From Spirogloea muscicola (lineage: Eukaryota): 64,000 nucleotides of DNA. The notes under the pieces are model-generated. The model was not told the origin of the DNA and searched no databases. It saw only the letters and a list, made by a program, of their open reading frames with translations. Below, in pieces: positions 59,610 through 64,000 of this stretch. Positions within the stretch are counted from its first letter, which is position 1, and each line of letters starts with the position of its first letter. Location of the stretch: assembly GCA_009602725.1 (NCBI GenBank), contig WELB01000006.1, positions 94,341 to 158,340 on the forward strand. The letters are read 5' to 3'. Both the position numbers and the translations under genes were made by a program.

Positions 59610-62600
59610 GTCTTCCAGGCCCCTTCGGACCTTGTCCATTCCATTTGGGCTGGGCTCTCAAAATTACCCCCCCCAATCGAGAGCTTCCTCCAGGGGTCAC
59701 GTTTAGGTGATCGGTCCAGATCTAAGTGCGCAAACGCTTGAGCAGCACAGCTCGAGCGCTCGGCTATGACCGTTATATTGAGGTCTGAAGTGTTGCGAAG
59801 TTGCCCCTGCCATGGCGGCAACGGCGGCGGCGGCAGCAGCGGGCGATTGAGGTGGCAGCGACCCCGGGGGAGCAAGCGGACAAGGCGGGCTCGAAGGTGT
59901 TAAGAAGTGGAAGGGCTGCCTGCCCTCCAGTGTCTTAAGACCCCGGCCCAGACCGCGTGGTCACCGCTTGACCGCAGCTGAAAGCGCGTGGGGGCCGCTG
60001 AGCTGGGTCGGCCAGGCCGGCAGATGAGCTGCTGATCCTGGCAGCCAGCGTGTGGACCCATGCCATCCATCCACGCTGGCTCCACCAATTTCCTATGTCC
60101 AAATCCGTAGACCTCGTCTATAGCTGTCTGTGATGAGCATCACAAAGCGCTTCAGCGCAGCTCCACACAGAAAGAATCAACCTAGACAATACGAAGCTAG
60201 CAGTCAAGGTTGTTACATAGTATAACCTCTCCCACATGAAGAACCACACCACCAGTCTGAAGCGGCTTGTCGATGCCTATCCATAGACACAGACATTGTC
60301 ATGACACACCCGTGGTCTTACTTTTTGGGACAGACTACACTATACTACACTCGGATCAAGCGAGGGCGGCTGGCTGGAGCCTGTGGTAGGTATATGGATT
60401 CATAGACTGCCCGAATATGGACCGAGATACGACGACTGCAGGTCGGCAGCACGGCCGCGGCCCGTGCCCAGACGGACGTGCGGGGATCAATGCGTTGGGG
60501 CAGCGGCTGAGAGGAAGTGGCTGAGAGGTTTTGACTTGGTGCCCGGAAGAGCGGGCAGGCCAAAGGCGGGGGGGGGGGGCTTTGTTCATTCTTTTTTGCT
60601 GGCTTTTCCAGCCCCTATCCTCAATGGGCGAGCACTTGCTTTCTTTGGGCTGAGTGTTTTGTGACTACTTAATTCCCTGTGTGCTTTAGCGTCTTCTCTT
60701 TAGCGTCTTGCCCCTTTGAACTTTGTTCATTCTTGTGCTGGGCTGACCTCTCACAGCCACTGCCCTCTGCTGGAAGCGTCGCTTCTTCTTTTGGGCGGAC
60801 GGGTAGGAATTGGGTGGAGGGAGTGGGGGGCGTGGAGGGAAGCGCCGAACTGTTTTTGTTGGCCAATGCCGCGGCGGGGATATGGAATGTGTTACTCAAT
60901 AGTGATGGAGGGCCTGGGGGGAGAAGGGGCGGTGCGCATGAACTTGAGGGGGATGCCAAAGCAAGCCAGTACATTGTGTGCAATAAGAGCAACAAAAGAG
61001 GAAAGACGCACAGTGTGCATGACATGAAACGGAGGCCAATGAATCGGGGCCTTACAAAGTCCTGGTAACGGGGCTATAAGCCCTGTTAACAGCGTTTCCT
61101 GGGTCACGCAGTCCACTTGCGAGCAGGCCGCGCTATGGCTGCTGCATCTGTGTCCAGGCGGGGTGCCTCTTCCCCAGCTGCGATTTACTCCGACTTGCTG
61201 CTGCTCACTCGTGGTTACTAAGCTTCCATCTGCAGTAGTCTCGTGTCGTCTAGCTATGTGGTTATAGGCGCCTTCCGGCTCTTTGGACCTTGTCCAGCAT
61301 TTTTGGGGCCTTCCCCAGCCCCTACTCCTTGTGGATCGCTCTATCCGGGGCTTTCTGTCTCGAAAGCTGGCCATGCAGCGGCAAACGCCGGTCGCTGCAT
61401 AGCGGCAAAGCACGCAGACGACCCGACTGCGGACGAGTTCGTACCCCTGGCCGTGGTTGTCCACGGGACTCTTGGGACACAGTGGCTCGACCTGCTTGCC
61501 AGGCTTGCGAGGCGTGCTGGGTCCCGCAGGCGAGGGGAGCAGGCTGACTTAAACGCCGCTGGCTCGTTGGCCCAAATCTACCGCATGCGACTATGTACTT
61601 CCCTTCAGCGATCTATGGCCCACGCCTTGCACCTGCGTGCTGGCCGTGCTCTCGCTGCAGCCTCTGCTTTCGTCAGGGTGAATTTTGCCGGCAGCTAGTC
61701 TGTCGGGTTTGAGGCTTCTCACTCGTACTGATTGTGTTTCATCCTACACCAGTTCTGAGATGGCGCTTTTGGCCCCTTCGTACTTTGGCCCCTTCGAATC
61801 TTGTCGTTCTTTTCGGGCTGGTTTCTCAGAGCCCTTGCCCCCATTGGGAGAGCCACTTCCATTTTCCCAGCCCCTACCTTTCAAGGAAAGGGCACTTTCT
61901 TCTAGAAACTGGCTAAGGGGGTCTCTGGTACCCACGAGTGAGCACATACACATCCGACAAGCTAAGCTGAGGAGCCAGAGCACCACCACAACAAAAAGCG
62001 CGGTGCAACAGCCCTTGGCAGAAGTGGCCTCATCGTACCATTGCCTCCTTTCCCTGGTCGTCATGCAACAAGCTGCTCAATCCACGCCATAGCCGCCACC
62101 CGCGGCTGTCGCACCTGCCGCCGCCCAGCTATAGCTTCCTGCCTCCCTGCTCCTTGTGCGGCCAACGCCCGCCGTCGCAGGCCAGCTGCCAGCCATCCCT
62201 CGATATTCACAGCTATTGGCGCCCGAGAGAGATTGAGTCAATGGCGAGTGCGTGCATGTGTGGAACTTCTGGGATGCCCCGTGGATTTTGGAAGCTCGTC
62301 TTTCTGACGGTTTTACCTCTACGATCGATCCGCATTTGTTTCTCTCCAGAGGTGGCATGGGTCCCACCTCTGGCCCTCGCTACGAGGGCTTGCGATCCAG
62401 CGGGCATATCGAGGTTATTGGACAGCGAAGAAGCCTCCCTCAGGCGCTAGGCTATAGCCGAAGAGGAAGCCAGACGACAACAATAGTTTGGAGCGCATTG
62501 CCTCTGCCAAATCGCTACCTGCTTTGTCAGACACCGTCGGGTGACTTGCGGACATGATTTGATATATGAGTGCCGGCTGGTAAGGAGGCTCTGGCAAGGT

Positions 62601-62925
62601 CTTTAATGGCGCCCGAACGCGGGGAAGCCAACACTTGCAGTGCGCGCGCCTTGGTAGCAGAAGAAAGTGCTCGCCCATAGAGAAGAGGAGCTGGCAAAGC
62701 CAGCCCAAAAAGAATGGACAACGTCCAAAGCCAAAGAGAGAGGTGCCGGAAAAGGACTACACTACAAAATGACCAAAGCACAAGACGATGCAGAGGGAAG
62801 CTCAGTATCCGCGTGTGAGCAACATCAGGTCAGAATAGCTCGCTGCAGGGAAAGAGGCACTCCGCCGAGACCCAGAGGCGGCGGCCATAGCACGGCCTGC
62901 TCGCGTGTGGAGGACGTGGGCAAGT
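59610..62925. mobile_element. Scattered CRE-like 3' ends
   Basis: Ends at ~59620-59690, 60580-60790, 61110-61330 (LLTRGY*), 61340-61900 (EFVPLAV..HLRAGRA), 61905-62000 (-) and 62655-62925 (-). Confidence 0.75.
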
Positions 62926-63477
62926 GAGCGTTGAAACGATACCGCCAGGCGCATTCGGAAATCTTGTGCGAGCGAACCGGCGGCGTTGAAGCCGGCATCG
63001 CTCCTGGCAGCAGCGTCCGCTGGCGGGGCGGACGGACGTGCGGTATCGGGGCAGCGGCCGAGAGATTTCGGCTGGTGCCCGGGGACGCCGGGCGGTCAAA
63101 GCGGGCGCCTGAGCAGACGAGGTGTCCGGGGGGGCGCTCGAACGGAGCGGGGCGGGGGCGCCGGATCAGTTCCGTGAGCGAATGGCGCGCCGGGGCACCG
63201 GGCCGCGAGGGAAATTGGCCCGCCCATCCTTGAATGGCTCAGGCGCCCTCACCCCCGTTCCCTTGCCAGAAGCTCCTCCGCCCNCACCCTTTGCCAGGAG
63301 CTCCTGGCCGCCGCCGCTGCCGCCGCCGAAGCCTCCGTCGCCGCCGCGCCCCAGCCAGAGCTAGCGCGTCCTCCGCCGCCGCCGCCACCAGAGGCTGCAG
63401 CTGCCAGCCACCACCGGAGCCAGAGGCTGCAGCAGCCAGCTGTCTAAGCCCACGACGGCAACGTTTGCAGCCACCGA

Positions 63478-64000
63478 GCATGCCATCTCAGCTGAGGCTG
63501 CATGGAAAGCCGCCTGCAGCCTCGCGGAGGCGCTGAATGATGCAACGCTGTTGCGCGTCAAGGCAGAGCAAGCGGCACACCTGGCGGAGGCCTGGCAGAG
63601 GTACGCCGCGGGGACGGCCTTGGACCGCGACCACACGGTCGCTTGGGGGCTGCAACTGCTGCAGGGGGATGCGCAACTCCGAGAATGGGCGTATAGGACG
63701 ACGGAGCAGGCCAGAAGTCTACACCAGCAGGCCGTCTACCTTGACGACTGCTGGTACAAACCTGTGGCCTGTTCCGTCAAGCTATACGCGCACTCCCCAA
63801 GTTGCGCATTCTCCTGTGCAGTTGTAGGCCCCCCACTGACCGTGTGGTTGCGGTCCAAGGCCGTTTCCGAGGCGTACCTCTGCCAGGCCTCCGCCAGCTG
63901 TGCCCCTTGCGCTGCCTTGACGCGCAACAGCAGCGCCTCATTCAGCGCCTCCGCGAGGCAGCAGGCGGCTTGCCATGCAGCCTTTGCTGAGATGGCATGC
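63478..64000. repeat. Long diverged inverted repeat centred at ~63739, running off the window
   Basis: 63478-63736 is the diverged reverse complement of 63743-64000. The spacer is TACCTT. Confidence 0.9.

Noticed and set aside
59812..60133. Possible small gene starting ATGGCGGCAACG
   Set aside because: A stop follows after 12 codons, and no consistent exon chain or recognisable product was found.

Overview
GC-rich eukaryotic nuclear DNA, most likely from a green or streptophyte alga (inferred from plant-like Mic60 and Canopy proteins, short spliceosomal introns and chromoviruses). About 52 kb of the window is nested retroelement sequence of two kinds. (i) Many copies and 3'-end fragments of a CRE-like non-LTR clade (RT + Cys/His zinc motif + restriction-like endonuclease). 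One copy at <1-2980 has an uninterrupted reading frame that the ORF track missed. (ii) A ~30 kb nest of Ty3/Gypsy chromoviruses, including one structurally complete element at 27366-34592 with TSD GAGGG. Two convergent spliced host genes follow: MIC60/mitofilin (+) and a Canopy/Seele-like ER protein (-). Most notable: every chromovirus copy that retains the Gag-protease junction carries an extra ~130-aa domain there that resembles a degenerate N6-adenine methyltransferase fold (WPPF in one copy). The non-LTR clade has a conserved (T/S)RGY-stop C-terminus, a covarying 3' RNA structure, CT-rich tails and TSD-flanked micro-insertions of 5-81 nt. A DUF3883 nuclease fragment sits inside the LTR nest, and the window ends in a long diverged palindrome. 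All family assignments come from motif recognition only; no searches were run.
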